Below the pieces are notes generated by a model that was not told the origin of the DNA, made no database searches, and worked only from the letters and a program-made list of their open reading frames with translations. A program made the position numbers and the translations under genes. Shown piece by piece: positions 9,058 through 19,986 of a stretch of 39,475 bases of DNA. Source of the stretch: Flavobacteriaceae bacterium (GTDB lineage: Bacteria; Bacteroidota; Bacteroidia; Flavobacteriales; Flavobacteriaceae); contig RFXU01000001.1 in assembly GCA_009921505.1 (NCBI GenBank), positions 1-39,475 of the forward strand. The letters are read 5' to 3'. Every line of letters starts with the position of its first letter. Within the stretch, counting starts at the first letter, position 1.

Positions 9058-10401
9058 TTATCGGTTAAACAACAGTCGTTCTCCATAAGTTCTTTGCGGA
9101 AAAAATCCATCGGTGTATACAAGTTGACCATTGACCAAGGTATGCATCACCCGAGCCTGAAAAACATTACCCTCAAAAGGCGACCAGCCGCACTTATACA
9201 GAATATTGGATTTTTTTACCGTCCAAGGGGCATGCAGATCGACTAATACCAAATCTGCTTTATAGCCTGAACGAATATACCCTCTATCCTTGATGTCAAA
9301 AAGTTTTGCCGGGTTGTGTGCAAATTTTTCGACTATTTTTTCCAAAGAAATCACCCCTTGATGATAGAGTTCTATTAGCGCGACAAGGGCGTGCTGTACA
9401 AGCGGACCTCCCGAGGGGGCACTAGTGTATTTATTTGATTTTTCCTCGCTGGTGTGCGGCGCGTGGTCCGTCGCAATAACATCAATGCGGTCGTTTAATA
9501 AGGCCTTGCGCAAGCCCGAACGATCTGCTGGGGTTTTTACTGCAGGGTTCCATTTAATCTTTGAGCCCAGGCGCGAGTAATCTTCATCACTGAACCAAAG
9601 GTGGTGGATACAAACCTCCGAAGTGATATTTTTTTTCGTTAGGTCAGACTGCGCTTTAAACAAGCCAGTTTCTTTTGCCGTAGATAAGTGAAACACGTGG
9701 AGACGAGCCCCGTGTTTTTTGGCCAGTTCTATCGCTCGTGAACTCGAAAGGTAGCACGCCTCTTCAGATCGAATAACCGGGTGCATGGCCATAGGAATAT
9801 CTTCCCCGTATTTCGCGATTTGTGTCGCAAGATTTTCCCGAATGGTTGCTTCATCTTCACAATGCACAGAAATAACCATTTTAGTATTCTTAAAGATCGC
9901 TGCCAAAACCTCTGGATCATCCACGAGCATATTGCCTGTAGAGGATCCTAAAAAGAGTTTTATTCCTGCCACCTTAGTTGGGTCGGCATTAATGAGGTCT
10001 TCTAAATTATCATTGGTTCCACCAAGCATAAATGAATAGTTCGCCCAAGAGCTCTGTGCGGCGATGGCAAACTTCTCCTCAACTTTATCCATAGTTGTGG
10101 CCTGAGGAACCGTGTTTGGCATTTCAATAAAACTCGTAATTCCGCCAGCTACAGCCGCCTTAGATTCAGATTCTATGGTGGCTTTATGGGTCAATCCAGG
10201 TTCTCTGAAGTGAACTTGATCATCAATCATCCCCGGCATAAGATAGAGCCCATCGGCGTCGATGACTCTTGTGTTTGGAGATTTGGCGCTAATTGTCGAC
10301 GCAATCTCTTCGATGCGATCACCGACAACCAACACATCACAAGTATCGATACTTCCTTCATTCACCACCTGTGCATTCTTAATCAATACTGATTGATTCA
10401 T
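9058..10401 (-). CDS. pyrC: dihydroorotase (cyclic amidohydrolase superfamily)
   Basis: It has the metal-binding DDQVHFREPG (HxH) motif, then VHCED and ATDHAPH. Its start overlaps the upstream GT2 gene by 4 nt. Confidence 0.85.
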   Translation of the reverse strand: MNQSVLIKNAQVVNEGSIDTCDVLVVGDRIEEIASTISAKSPNTRVIDADGLYLMPGMIDDQVHFREPGLTHKATIESESKAAVAGGITSFIEMPNTVPQATTMDKVEEKFAIAAQSSWANYSFMLGGTNDNLEDLINADPTKVAGIKLFLGSSTGNMLVDDPEVLAAIFKNTKMVISVHCEDEATIRENLATQIAKYGEDIPMAMHPVIRSEEACYLSSSRAIELAKKHGARLHVFHLSTAKETGLFKAQSDLTKKNITSEVCIHHLWFSDEDYSRLGSKIKWNPAVKTPADRSGLRKALLNDRIDVIATDHAPHTSEEKSNKYTSAPSGGPLVQHALVALIELYHQGVISLEKIVEKFAHNPAKLFDIKDRGYIRSGYKADLVLVDLHAPWTVKKSNILYKCGWSPFEGNVFQARVMHTLVNGQLVYTDGFFPQRTYGERLLFNR

Positions 10402-11129
10402 ATATCTAATCTGTTTAATAATTTTTTAAAACGCATTTTCAGAACACCAAAAATAGCTTCTGAAATAATTCCTTTGGACATTTTCGAAGTCCCACGAGTC
10501 CGGTCCGTAAAAATCACAGGGATTTCTTTGATTTTAAACCCCTTTAAAAATGCCTTGTATTTCATTTCAATTTGAAAAGCATAACCCACAAATCGAATAC
10601 GAGATAAATCCAGTCCCTCGAGTACCTCTCTGCGATAACATACAAAGCCCGCAGTCGTGTCTTTAATGTTCATGCCCGTCACCCATTGAACGTATTTGGA
10701 TGCCCCCCAAGACAATAGAACCCGACTCATTGGCCAGTTCACCACATTAACCCCGGTGATATAACGAGAGCCAATGGCCATATCATATCCCTCGCGGGTA
10801 CAACAATTATAAAGGCGAATTAAATCATTAGGATTGTGTGAAAAATCCGCATCCATTTCGAAAATTATAGAATAATCTCGTTTGAGGGCCCACTCAAAAC
10901 CGGCGAGGTACGCACGCCCTAAACCAGATTTCTCTGTGCGTTTAAGCAAATTCAGGTGTTCTGCGTATTCGGGGATTAATCGCTCGACGATTTCACCCGT
11001 CCCATCTGGGGATCCATCATCCACCACAAGTACAGAAAATATGCGTTGTAGTGAAAACACATTGCGCAGAAGCTTTTCAATGTTTTCAGATTCGTTAAAA
11101 GTAGGAATGATAATGAGACCTTCGGCCAT
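10398..11129 (-). CDS. GT2 polyprenol-monophosphate mannose synthase-like glycosyltransferase
   Basis: It shows IIPTFNE, VVDDGSPDGT and EMDADFSH, the motifs of dolichol/polyprenol-phosphate mannosyltransferases. Confidence 0.85.
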   Translation of the reverse strand: MAEGLIIIPTFNESENIEKLLRNVFSLQRIFSVLVVDDGSPDGTGEIVERLIPEYAEHLNLLKRTEKSGLGRAYLAGFEWALKRDYSIIFEMDADFSHNPNDLIRLYNCCTREGYDMAIGSRYITGVNVVNWPMSRVLLSWGASKYVQWVTGMNIKDTTAGFVCYRREVLEGLDLSRIRFVGYAFQIEMKYKAFLKGFKIKEIPVIFTDRTRGTSKMSKGIISEAIFGVLKMRFKKLLNRLDI

Positions 11130-11224
11130 TTCAAAACTTTGCTCAAAGGTACTTTTTTTTCATTACTCCAGTCTTGTCAAAGCCCTTTTGAGCGCTGAAA
11201 AAACTAAAAAATTAGCGTAATTTT

Positions 11225-11890
11225 ATGAATTGTATGGAACACTTACTCCGCGTAGAATTGAATCGTGATTGGTTAACCCTAATACTGATTGGCGCCCTGG
11301 CATTCTTAGGCATTTTGCGTTATTGGTTTCCAAAGCGCATGAGTGAATTATTATTGTTGCCTCTAAACGATAAGTATTTTGCCTTAGAAGGTCGGCAAAA
11401 GGGTTTTATACATCCATTCAATATTTCAATGCTGGTGATTCAACTCGTGGCTTTTGGTATTTTACTTTCGGGGTTAAAGCGCTTTGATCATGCACAAAGC
11501 CTAAGCCTCCAATTTCATGAGTTCACCAACGGAGTTTTTTTAGTCAGTGTGTATTTGAGTATTCGCTATACTTTGGATTGGGGCATTGGATATATCTTTA
11601 ATTGCCAAAAGGTGTTAGCCGCATATCGATATCAAAGATTTAGTTTTCATCATTTGATATCCATCGGAATTTTAATTTTATTGGCCACTCTATTTTTTAG
11701 TCGCTTACCGTGGGCAATAATATTGGGGATTCTTTCGATAACGCTCATCTTCACCCTAGGGGCAACCATAATTTATAGTGTTCGACGCAATTCGACGACC
11801 ATAATAAATAACTTCTTGTATTTTATTTTGTACATTTGCGCACTTGAAATAGCACCATATGTCTTGCTGTATCAGACAGCTATGACATGA
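11225..11890 (+). CDS. DUF4271-like multi-pass membrane protein
   Basis: It has about 6 hydrophobic helices and the conserved flavobacterial position immediately upstream of hemD. Confidence 0.65.
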   Translation: MNCMEHLLRVELNRDWLTLILIGALAFLGILRYWFPKRMSELLLLPLNDKYFALEGRQKGFIHPFNISMLVIQLVAFGILLSGLKRFDHAQSLSLQFHEFTNGVFLVSVYLSIRYTLDWGIGYIFNCQKVLAAYRYQRFSFHHLISIGILILLATLFFSRLPWAIILGILSITLIFTLGATIIYSVRRNSTTIINNFLYFILYICALEIAPYVLLYQTAMT

Positions 11891-11909
11891 GGATAAATCT
11901 TAGAGGCTT

Positions 11910-12659
11910 ATGAAGGTGAAAACTATTTTAGTGTCCCAACCCGAACCAAAAGTTGAAAATTCTCCGTATTTCGACCTAGTCGACAAACAAAAAGTCAAAA
12001 TAGACTTTCGTCCTTTTATTCACGTAGAAGGCGTGTCCAGTAAAGATGTGCGCACTCAGAAAGTCGATTTGAGCCAGTATTCGGCCATTATTTTAACCAG
12101 TCGAAACTCAGTCGATCACTTTTTTCGTATCGCTGAGGAATTGAGATTTAAGGTTCCGGATACAATGAAATATTTTTGTCAGAGTGAAGCCGTGGCCTAT
12201 TATCTTCAAAAATACGTGGTCTATCGAAAGCGCAAAATTTACGTGGGGAAGCGTACCTTTACCGAACTCTCGCCTCTGATAAAAAAATACAAGAATGAGA
12301 AGTTTTTACTTCCTTCTTCAGACAAACTTAAGCCTGAGGTCCCTACGGTATTAGATGATTTAGGCGTCCACTGGAAACAAGGCACATTCTATAAGACGGT
12401 CATCAGTGATCTATCTGATCTGCGCGATGTTTATTACGATATATTGGTGTTTTTCAGCCCGAGTGGAATTGAATCCTTGTTTGAGAACTTCCCTGATTTC
12501 CAGCAAAATGACACAAGAATAGCAGTATTCGGGAACACGACAATAACAGCCGCCACCAATAAAGGTTTAAGGGTAGATATTCAAGCACCGACTCCCGAGA
12601 CTCCGTCCATGACCATGGCCTTGGAACGCTACATCAAAAGCGTTAACAGCAAAAAATAA
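11910..12659 (+). CDS. hemD: uroporphyrinogen-III synthase
   Basis: It is 249 aa with a HEM4-like two-lobe pattern (ILVSQP, ILTSRNSV, VFFSPSG, VFGNTT). Confidence 0.75.
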   Translation: MKVKTILVSQPEPKVENSPYFDLVDKQKVKIDFRPFIHVEGVSSKDVRTQKVDLSQYSAIILTSRNSVDHFFRIAEELRFKVPDTMKYFCQSEAVAYYLQKYVVYRKRKIYVGKRTFTELSPLIKKYKNEKFLLPSSDKLKPEVPTVLDDLGVHWKQGTFYKTVISDLSDLRDVYYDILVFFSPSGIESLFENFPDFQQNDTRIAVFGNTTITAATNKGLRVDIQAPTPETPSMTMALERYIKSVNSKK

Positions 12660-12669
12660 TAGGCTCAGA

Positions 12670-14274
12670 TTAGATTAAAGGACCCCCCGCCATGATCTCC
12701 TGATTGGCGTAGGACTCGAACTTTTTAAAGTTTTCTTTAAACGACGCAGCCAGTTTACCCGCTGTTTTGTAATAATGCTCATCATTATTCCAAGTTTGTC
12801 TTGGACTTAAAACCTCTGTAGGCACCCCAGGACAAACACGAGGCTGGGAAACACCAAATACAGAGTGAATATGGTAATTATCTTTGTTCGCTTCCTCTAA
12901 AGATCCATTCATGGCCGCCGTAATCATGGCCCGCGTGTACTTTAGTTTCATGCGCTGACCAACCCCATACGAGCCCCCTGTCCAACCGGTATTCACAAGC
13001 CAAACATTGACTCCAGCAGCTTGCATTTTTTCACTGAGCATTTCAGCATAAACCGTCGGATGTAAGGGCATAAATGGTGCGCCAAAACAGGCTGAAAAAC
13101 TGGGTACTGGCTCAACAATTCCAGCCTCAGTACCAGCCACCTTTGCAGTATAACCACTAATAAAGTGATACGCTGCTTGACCAGGCGAAAGTTTTGAGAT
13201 TGGAGGCAATACCCCGAAGGCATCCGCAGTTAAGAAAAATATATTCTTTGGATGATGGCCTATTGATGGAACCTGAATATTAGGAATATGTTCTATTGGA
13301 TAGCTTACACGCGTATTTTGGGTTATTGAAGTATCCGAATAATCCACTACCCCTTTAGCATCCATGATGACATTTTCAAGAATAGCCCCAGGCTTGATGG
13401 CACGATAGATATCTGGCTCGTTCTCCAGGGTTAGATTAATCACCTTTGCGTAACAACCGCCTTCAAAATTAAAGACAGTATCTTCTTTTGTCCAGCCGTG
13501 TTCATCGTCTCCAATTAAACGACGGTCAGGATCTGCCGATAAAGTAGTCTTTCCTGTTCCAGAAAGGCCAAAGAAAATGGCAGTATCTCCATCAGGCCCC
13601 ACATTTGCCGAACAATGCATGGGTAACGTATGATGTTCAACAGGCAGTAAAAAGTTTAACGCAGAAAAAATTCCTTTTTTAATCTCACCGGTATAGCCCG
13701 TCCCTCCGATCAAGGCAATTTTTCTTGTAAAGTTTAATATCGCGAAGTTATGCTGTCTAGTTTTATCGCGCTGGGGATCGGCCATAAATCCGGGCGCATT
13801 AACAATCAACCAATCTGGCTCAAATGTTTCCAGCATGGACTGATCTGGGCGTAAAAACATATTGGCCGCAAACATATTGCTCCAAGGATATTCATTAATC
13901 ACACGAATATTAAGCTTATAATTTGGATCCGCACAGGCATAAGCCTCTCGAACATAAAGTTCTTTGTTTCCGAGATAGTCGGTTACCTGTTTGTAAAGCG
14001 CATCAAAATCTGAAGGATCAAATGGAATATTGACCGGTCCCCACCATACTTTGTCTTGGGTAATCTCGTCTTTTACGATAAATCGATCCTTTGGGGAACG
14101 CCCTGTAAACTCACCGGTATTAATTGCGAGTGTACCGTTATCGGTTTCAACACCCATGCCTTTTTCAACGGTGGCTTTCTGAAGTTCTTCTGAAGTGAGT
14201 TGATAATGGACCTGAGCACCAGAAATACCATATTGCTCCAGCGAAATCGATTTCGAATTTTGGTTATTGTGCAT
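12670..14274 (-). CDS. pckA: phosphoenolpyruvate carboxykinase (ATP)
   Basis: It has the kinase-1a loop GLSGTGKTTLS, then IGDDEHGW and NTGWTGG, at 534 aa. Confidence 0.95.
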   Translation of the reverse strand: MHNNQNSKSISLEQYGISGAQVHYQLTSEELQKATVEKGMGVETDNGTLAINTGEFTGRSPKDRFIVKDEITQDKVWWGPVNIPFDPSDFDALYKQVTDYLGNKELYVREAYACADPNYKLNIRVINEYPWSNMFAANMFLRPDQSMLETFEPDWLIVNAPGFMADPQRDKTRQHNFAILNFTRKIALIGGTGYTGEIKKGIFSALNFLLPVEHHTLPMHCSANVGPDGDTAIFFGLSGTGKTTLSADPDRRLIGDDEHGWTKEDTVFNFEGGCYAKVINLTLENEPDIYRAIKPGAILENVIMDAKGVVDYSDTSITQNTRVSYPIEHIPNIQVPSIGHHPKNIFFLTADAFGVLPPISKLSPGQAAYHFISGYTAKVAGTEAGIVEPVPSFSACFGAPFMPLHPTVYAEMLSEKMQAAGVNVWLVNTGWTGGSYGVGQRMKLKYTRAMITAAMNGSLEEANKDNYHIHSVFGVSQPRVCPGVPTEVLSPRQTWNNDEHYYKTAGKLAASFKENFKKFESYANQEIMAGGPLI

Positions 14275-14344
14275 TTGTCGTGCGTTAGATTGTGCCTACA
14301 AAAATAAAAAAATCAATTCGTACTAAGCCCGAGTTTAACAGACT

Positions 14345-14752
14345 TTATCCTCTCATTTTTTTCAAAATACCCCAACCCAGAAGCAACCAACCTACAATAA
14401 AAAGTACTCCCCCGATGGGAGTGAGCGGTCCTAGAAATGAAGAATCGAAAAAAAGAAGAGCCTTTGCTGACATCAAATACAAAGAGCCTGAAAAAAATAA
14501 GATCCCCAGCCCCATGGATCGATAAATCCATGGTTTTATCCTTGTCGATATTTTGTGACTCGACCAAATGACAAGCAAGACGGTTAAATGAAAAACCTGA
14601 TAAAAGAAGCCAATTTCAAAGCGTTGGTATTCTTCAGGAGCAATCAAAGACTTTAATCCATGAGCGCCCCATGCCCCAAGAACCACCGTGATGCCCCCCA
14701 ATAAGCTCAATATAACCCCTTGAATTTTATCATTATGCTGCATTTGTTCCAA
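14345..14752 (-). CDS. DUF423-like small membrane protein
   Basis: It is 135 aa with 4 TM helices. The GAWGAHG motif is typical of the DUF423/YgdD family. Confidence 0.7.
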   Translation of the reverse strand: MEQMQHNDKIQGVILSLLGGITVVLGAWGAHGLKSLIAPEEYQRFEIGFFYQVFHLTVLLVIWSSHKISTRIKPWIYRSMGLGILFFSGSLYLMSAKALLFFDSSFLGPLTPIGGVLFIVGWLLLGWGILKKMRG

Positions 14753-14807
14753 TTCTTATTTTCTATATTCGTCAAACTTTCGACCTTAAAACTACAAAAT
14801 TAAGTAC

Positions 14808-16178
14808 ATGCGCCATATTCTTGTCATCGGAGCTGGACGATCTGCCACGAATCTAATTCATTATCTCGCTGAAAAAGCGTCGGATCAACAATTGGAAATT
14901 ACCGTAGCGGACCTGTCCTTAGAAGCAGCCAATAAAAATATTCTCGGGATGGCTCATACGCGTGGCATCGCGCTGGATGTGAACGATGCCGATCAGCGAC
15001 AATCGTTGATTCAGGCCCACGACCTGGTGATCTCTATGCTCCCGGCGCACATGCATGTTGAGGTGGCAAAAGATTGTTTAGCCTTTGGCAAACATATGGT
15101 CACCGCCTCGTATATCAGTCCAGCGATGGAAGAATTGGACCAAGAGGTCCGCGCCAAAAACTTAATTTTCATGAATGAATGTGGCCTTGACCCTGGCATC
15201 GATCATATGAGCGCCATGAAGGTCATCGATCAAATTCGGGCTCAAGGGGGAAAAATGCTCTTATTTGAATCATTCACAGGAGGCTTAATCGCCCCAGAGA
15301 GTGATACTAATCTGTGGCATTATAAATTTACCTGGAATCCGCGCAATGTAGTTTTGGCAGGACAAGGAGGTGCAGCAGAATTTATCCAGGAGGGCACCTA
15401 CAAATACATTCCCTATCACCGTCTCTTTAGAAGGACAGAATTCTTAGATATTGAGGGCCACGGGCGCTTTGAAGCTTACGCGAATAGAAATTCATTAAAA
15501 TATCGCTCAATCTATGGACTTGAAGACATCCTAACCCTTTATCGTGGAACAATCCGACATGTCGGATTTAGCAAAGCCTGGAATATGTTTGTCCAGCTGG
15601 GTATGACTGACGATAGTTACCGCATCCCAAATTCGGAAAACCTCACCTACAAAGAGTTTGTAAATTTATTTTTGCCTTATTCCCCGACAGATTCTGTCGC
15701 CTTAAAGCTTCGACACAATTTAAAAATCGATCAAGACGATCTCATGTGGGGAAAACTAGAAGAACTTGACTTATTTAACACAGAAAAAACCATTGGCATT
15801 AAGAATGCAAGTCCTGCCATGGCCCTACAGAAAATTTTAATGGATCAATGGACCTTGCAACCCAAGGACAAAGACATGATTGTCATGTACCACAAATTTG
15901 GCTATGAAGTTAATGGGGTTAAAAAACAAATTGACAGCAATATGGTCCTTATTGGGGAAGACCAAACCAATACAGCGATGGCAAAAACTGTAGGCCTACC
16001 CGTAGCCATTGCGGCTTTAAAGATTCTCAATGGGGTGATTAAAAACCCCGGGGTTCAATTGCCTATTCACAAGGAAGTATACACCCCAATTCTAGAGGAA
16101 CTCGAACAGTACGGCGTTCTATTTCAAGAATATCACGTGCCGTACATGGGGTACAACCCCAATAATGTGGCTGGATAA
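14808..16178 (+). CDS. saccharopine dehydrogenase family protein
   Basis: It has an N-terminal ILVIGAGRSA Rossmann motif, then ECGLDPGIDHM and a C-terminal saccharopine-DH-like domain. Confidence 0.8.
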   Translation: MRHILVIGAGRSATNLIHYLAEKASDQQLEITVADLSLEAANKNILGMAHTRGIALDVNDADQRQSLIQAHDLVISMLPAHMHVEVAKDCLAFGKHMVTASYISPAMEELDQEVRAKNLIFMNECGLDPGIDHMSAMKVIDQIRAQGGKMLLFESFTGGLIAPESDTNLWHYKFTWNPRNVVLAGQGGAAEFIQEGTYKYIPYHRLFRRTEFLDIEGHGRFEAYANRNSLKYRSIYGLEDILTLYRGTIRHVGFSKAWNMFVQLGMTDDSYRIPNSENLTYKEFVNLFLPYSPTDSVALKLRHNLKIDQDDLMWGKLEELDLFNTEKTIGIKNASPAMALQKILMDQWTLQPKDKDMIVMYHKFGYEVNGVKKQIDSNMVLIGEDQTNTAMAKTVGLPVAIAALKILNGVIKNPGVQLPIHKEVYTPILEELEQYGVLFQEYHVPYMGYNPNNVAG

Positions 16179-16201
16179 TTATTCGGGAGGAAACCTAGCT
16201 A

Positions 16202-16891
16202 TTATCGACGATCCAAAAACATCATGACAAAGTACATGAGTGTTGCTATTGAACCTAGCGCAGCAACAACATAAGTTCGTGCCGCCCAATTCAAAGCGTC
16301 TTCAGCACCATGTAATTCCTCAGAAGTGACCATGTTTTTGGTCTTAAGCCATACCAAAGCACGTTTACTCGCATCGAATTCCACGGGTAAAGTGATAACA
16401 GAAAACACCGTCGTGGTGGCAAAAAGCAAAATACCTAACAAAAACAATGAGCTGCCAAGTGCCGAGCCTGTCGCTGATAAAATAAGGCCCATCATGATGA
16501 CAAAATTCGACAATTTACTGGCGACACCAACCATAGGCACTATGGAAGAACGCATGGTTAACCAAGAATAGGCCTGGGCATGTTGCACGGCATGACCGCA
16601 CTCATGAGCAGCAACGGCAGCAGCCGCAGCATTGCGCTGATGATAAACCGATTCACTTAAATTTACCGTTTTGTTGGTCGGATTGTAATGATCCGTCAAT
16701 TGGCCAGGCGTTGAAATAACCTGCACGTCATAAATTCCATTGTCTTTGAGCATCTGCTCGGCAATTTCTTTACCGCTTAGTCCATTGCGCAAATGCAATT
16801 TACTGTAGTGTGCAAATTTCTTTTTAAGGGTATTACTTACCCACCAACTCGCTAAAAAAATTAGCCCTGCTAAAAGATAATATCCAGACAT
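16202..16891 (-). CDS. membrane zinc metallopeptidase (YugP-like)
   Basis: It has the HExxH motif (HECGHAVQH), one N-terminal TM helix and several C-terminal ones. Confidence 0.85.
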   Translation of the reverse strand: MSGYYLLAGLIFLASWWVSNTLKKKFAHYSKLHLRNGLSGKEIAEQMLKDNGIYDVQVISTPGQLTDHYNPTNKTVNLSESVYHQRNAAAAAVAAHECGHAVQHAQAYSWLTMRSSIVPMVGVASKLSNFVIMMGLILSATGSALGSSLFLLGILLFATTTVFSVITLPVEFDASKRALVWLKTKNMVTSEELHGAEDALNWAARTYVVAALGSIATLMYFVMMFLDRR

Positions 16892-16988
16892 AATTTAAAT
16901 CTTAAGGTTACTGCTTTGGCGTCAAATCTAATGCCAAAACAATATTAATCCATTTGTCTGACATTCTGACTGAGCAATAGTCAAAACC

Positions 16989-19850
16989 TTAACCCACAAT
17001 ATTCACAATTTTTCCAGGGACTACAATAACTTTTTTCGGTGTTCTTCCCTGTAATTGGGCCTGAGTGCGTTCATCAGCCAGAACTGCAAACTCGATTTCC
17101 TCTTTGGACAAATCCATCGATAAGTCTAGTGTAAATCGTGTTTTACCATTAAAGGAAATAGGATAAGTTTTTGAGGATTCGACCAAATATTTTGGATCGT
17201 GTTCTGGAAAAGCGACCCCGGCTATACTTTGCTCATGACCTAATTTCGACCAAAGCTCTTCAGCAATGTGGGGCGCGTAAGGGGCAATCAACACGACCAA
17301 AGGCTCTAAAACACCGCGCTCATTGGCTTTAAGCGCGCTTAACTCATTTACAGCAATCATAAAGGTGCTTACAGAGGTGTTGAAACTAAACTCTTGAATG
17401 TCTGAGTTCACCTTTTTAATTGTTTTGTGCAAGACCTTTAACGCCTCTGAACTTGGGGTGTTTTCAGAAACATAAAAAGACTCAGTTTCGCCACTGTGAT
17501 AGAGCTTCCAAAGTTTTTTCAAAAATCCATGAACCCCTGTAATTCCTGCAGTACTCCATGGTTTTGATTGTTCTAAAGGCCCTAAAAACATCTCGTAAAG
17601 TCGGAGGGTATCCGCGCCGTATTGATCGCAAATATCGTCTGGATTAACCACATTAAACTTAGATTTTGACATCTTCTCGACCTCTCGCTTGACCTTGAAT
17701 GTACCGTCTTCCTCGCTAACAATTACTGCCCCGGAATATTCTGGTCGCCAGGCGATAAATTTTTCGACATCCAATTCATTAGTTAAAGACACCATGGATA
17801 CGTCACAATGTACGCTTTGCAACTCCTTGGGATCAAAATCCTGAATACGTCCCGCGGAAACCAGTTGCTTCCCATCGGCGGTCCGATAAACAAAGGCACT
17901 CTCTCCAAGGATCATCCCTTGGTTAATCAATTTTTTAAACGGTTCATCAACACTGATAAACCCGCGATCAAATAAAAATTTAACCCAGAATCTGCTGTAC
18001 AAAAGATGTCCTGTGGCATGCTCACTTCCCCCGATATATAAATCAACAGAACCCCAATAATCTAGGGCCTCTTTACTGGCAAAGACTTCTTTATTTTGAG
18101 GGTCCATGTAGCGGAAAAAATACCAACTACTCCCCGCCCAACCCGGCATAGTATTGAGCTCAAGAGGAAATACCTTGTCGTGGTCTATGTGTTTATTAGA
18201 CACCACGGCTTTTTGTACCGTATCCCAAGCCCATTGATCTGCGCGACCCAAAGGCGGATCGCCATCTTCGGTAGGCAAATAGGCATCGACCTCCGGTAAA
18301 ACAAGGGGTAAGTATTGGGGATCGATCATCTGTGGGAGGCCATTTTTATAGTAAACTGGAAATGGTTCCCCCCAGTAACGCTGACGACTAAATACCGCAT
18401 CACGCAGTCGATAATTAATGGTCCCACGACCGTGCCCACAGGCTTCAAGTGCTTTGATGGCCTCTGCACAGGCTTGGCTATAATTTAGGCCATTGAGAAA
18501 GTCACTTTGATCAATAATACAAGGGTCCTTTAAGGCGTAAGCCTCGTTCTCTATGGAAACATCTTTGAATATATTCGGAATAGGCAGGTCAAAGTGCTTG
18601 GCAAAATCATAATCACGCTGATCCCCACAGGGCACAGCCATCACAGCGCCTGTACCATACCCGGCCAAGACGTAATCCCCAATCCAAATGGGCACTTCAG
18701 CCCCGCTCAATGGATGTATGGCGTAAGCGCCCGTAAACACCCCGCTAATACTCTTGACATCGGCCATACGCTCGCGCTCGCTGCGCTGAGCGCTCGCCTG
18801 CACATAAGCCTCTACGGCCTGCTTTTGTTCCGCAGTCGTTAGGCTAGCGACCAATTCATGCTCTGGCGCCAAGGTTAAGAAACTGACGCCAAAAATTGTG
18901 TCAGGACGCGTGGTAAATACCTCGATGTGGGCTTGGTGTCCTTTGACCTCAAAAACGACAGACGCGCCTTGTGAACGACCAATCCAATGCCTTTGAGATT
19001 CTTTTAGAGGCTCCGGCCAATCCAATTGATCGAGCCCATCGAGTAAACGCTGAGCATAAGCGGTGATGCGCATGCTCCACTGCTTCATTTTTTTACGAAC
19101 CACAGGGTGTCCTCCACGTTCTGAAACGCCGTTTACAATTTCATCATTGGCCAATACAGTCCCCAAAGCGGGACACCAATTGACCTCAGACTCTGCCAGA
19201 TAAGTCAATCGAAATTGACTCAAGATGGCTTCTCTTTGCTCTTGACTAAAAGCCTGCCAATCCGCAGCCTGAAAAACAGAAAGTTCCGGCGATAAATTCT
19301 CGGAAAGTACGCGGCATAAGTCTTGACCTAAAGCACTGCTCCCGCCTTGCTCAAAAAGCGCAATAAGGTCACTGATAGGTCGGGCTTTATCCTGACTCGG
19401 GTCGTACCAGCTTTGGTAAAGCTGAATAAAAATCCACTGAGTCCAACGGTAATATTCGGGATCAGAGGTGCGAACCTCCCGCTGCCAATCAAAACTAAAT
19501 CCCATGCGATCGAGCTGCTGTCGATAACGGGCAATATTTTCTTGGGTCGTTTTACTCGGGTGCTGCCCGGTTTGAATGGCGTATTGTTCCGCAGGCAAAC
19601 CAAAACTATCATAGCCTTGAGGATGCAAAACATTAAACCCTTTGTGTCTTTTATAGCGTGCATAAATATCACTGGCGATATAGCCCAGAGGATGTCCTAC
19701 ATGAAGCCCTGCCCCAGAGGGATAGGGAAACATGTCTAAGACATAAAACTTTGGTTGACTTCCAGCGTCATCACTGGCGGCAAAAGTTTGATTTTGGGCC
19801 CAAAAATTTTGCCATTTTTCCTCGATAGAGCGAAAAGTATATTTACTCAT
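16989..19850 (-). CDS. leuS: leucine--tRNA ligase
   Basis: It has the HVGHP (HIGH) and KMSKS motifs and a CP1 editing domain, at 953 aa. Confidence 0.97.
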   Translation of the reverse strand: MSKYTFRSIEEKWQNFWAQNQTFAASDDAGSQPKFYVLDMFPYPSGAGLHVGHPLGYIASDIYARYKRHKGFNVLHPQGYDSFGLPAEQYAIQTGQHPSKTTQENIARYRQQLDRMGFSFDWQREVRTSDPEYYRWTQWIFIQLYQSWYDPSQDKARPISDLIALFEQGGSSALGQDLCRVLSENLSPELSVFQAADWQAFSQEQREAILSQFRLTYLAESEVNWCPALGTVLANDEIVNGVSERGGHPVVRKKMKQWSMRITAYAQRLLDGLDQLDWPEPLKESQRHWIGRSQGASVVFEVKGHQAHIEVFTTRPDTIFGVSFLTLAPEHELVASLTTAEQKQAVEAYVQASAQRSERERMADVKSISGVFTGAYAIHPLSGAEVPIWIGDYVLAGYGTGAVMAVPCGDQRDYDFAKHFDLPIPNIFKDVSIENEAYALKDPCIIDQSDFLNGLNYSQACAEAIKALEACGHGRGTINYRLRDAVFSRQRYWGEPFPVYYKNGLPQMIDPQYLPLVLPEVDAYLPTEDGDPPLGRADQWAWDTVQKAVVSNKHIDHDKVFPLELNTMPGWAGSSWYFFRYMDPQNKEVFASKEALDYWGSVDLYIGGSEHATGHLLYSRFWVKFLFDRGFISVDEPFKKLINQGMILGESAFVYRTADGKQLVSAGRIQDFDPKELQSVHCDVSMVSLTNELDVEKFIAWRPEYSGAVIVSEEDGTFKVKREVEKMSKSKFNVVNPDDICDQYGADTLRLYEMFLGPLEQSKPWSTAGITGVHGFLKKLWKLYHSGETESFYVSENTPSSEALKVLHKTIKKVNSDIQEFSFNTSVSTFMIAVNELSALKANERGVLEPLVVLIAPYAPHIAEELWSKLGHEQSIAGVAFPEHDPKYLVESSKTYPISFNGKTRFTLDLSMDLSKEEIEFAVLADERTQAQLQGRTPKKVIVVPGKIVNIVG

Positions 19851-19986
19851 AATGCGCTGATATTAAAACCTCGACCGTTTTATTGGTGGCAAATTTACAC
19901 CTATTGACCGAAAGAGAAAAGTTTAAACCCAAGGTATTCCCTCATCCCAAAATTCCTTGTATTTTTACACTGAATCTACCTGAACT

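Noticed and set aside
10882-11220. 112-aa plus-strand ORF
   Set aside because: It lies antisense within the well-supported GT2 gene (10398-11129). Its composition is Ser/Arg-rich and low in complexity, and it has no recognisable motifs. This is a typical shadow ORF.
14292-14567. 77-aa plus-strand and 84-aa minus-strand ORFs around the pckA / DUF423 junction
   Set aside because: They overlap the DUF423 gene, whose frame gives four clean TM helices and a GAWGAHG motif. The alternative frames give no coherent protein features.
19328-19739. 130-aa plus-strand and 114-aa minus-strand ORFs
   Set aside because: Both are embedded in leuS, which is unambiguous (HIGH and KMSKS motifs). They are alternative-frame or antisense shadows.
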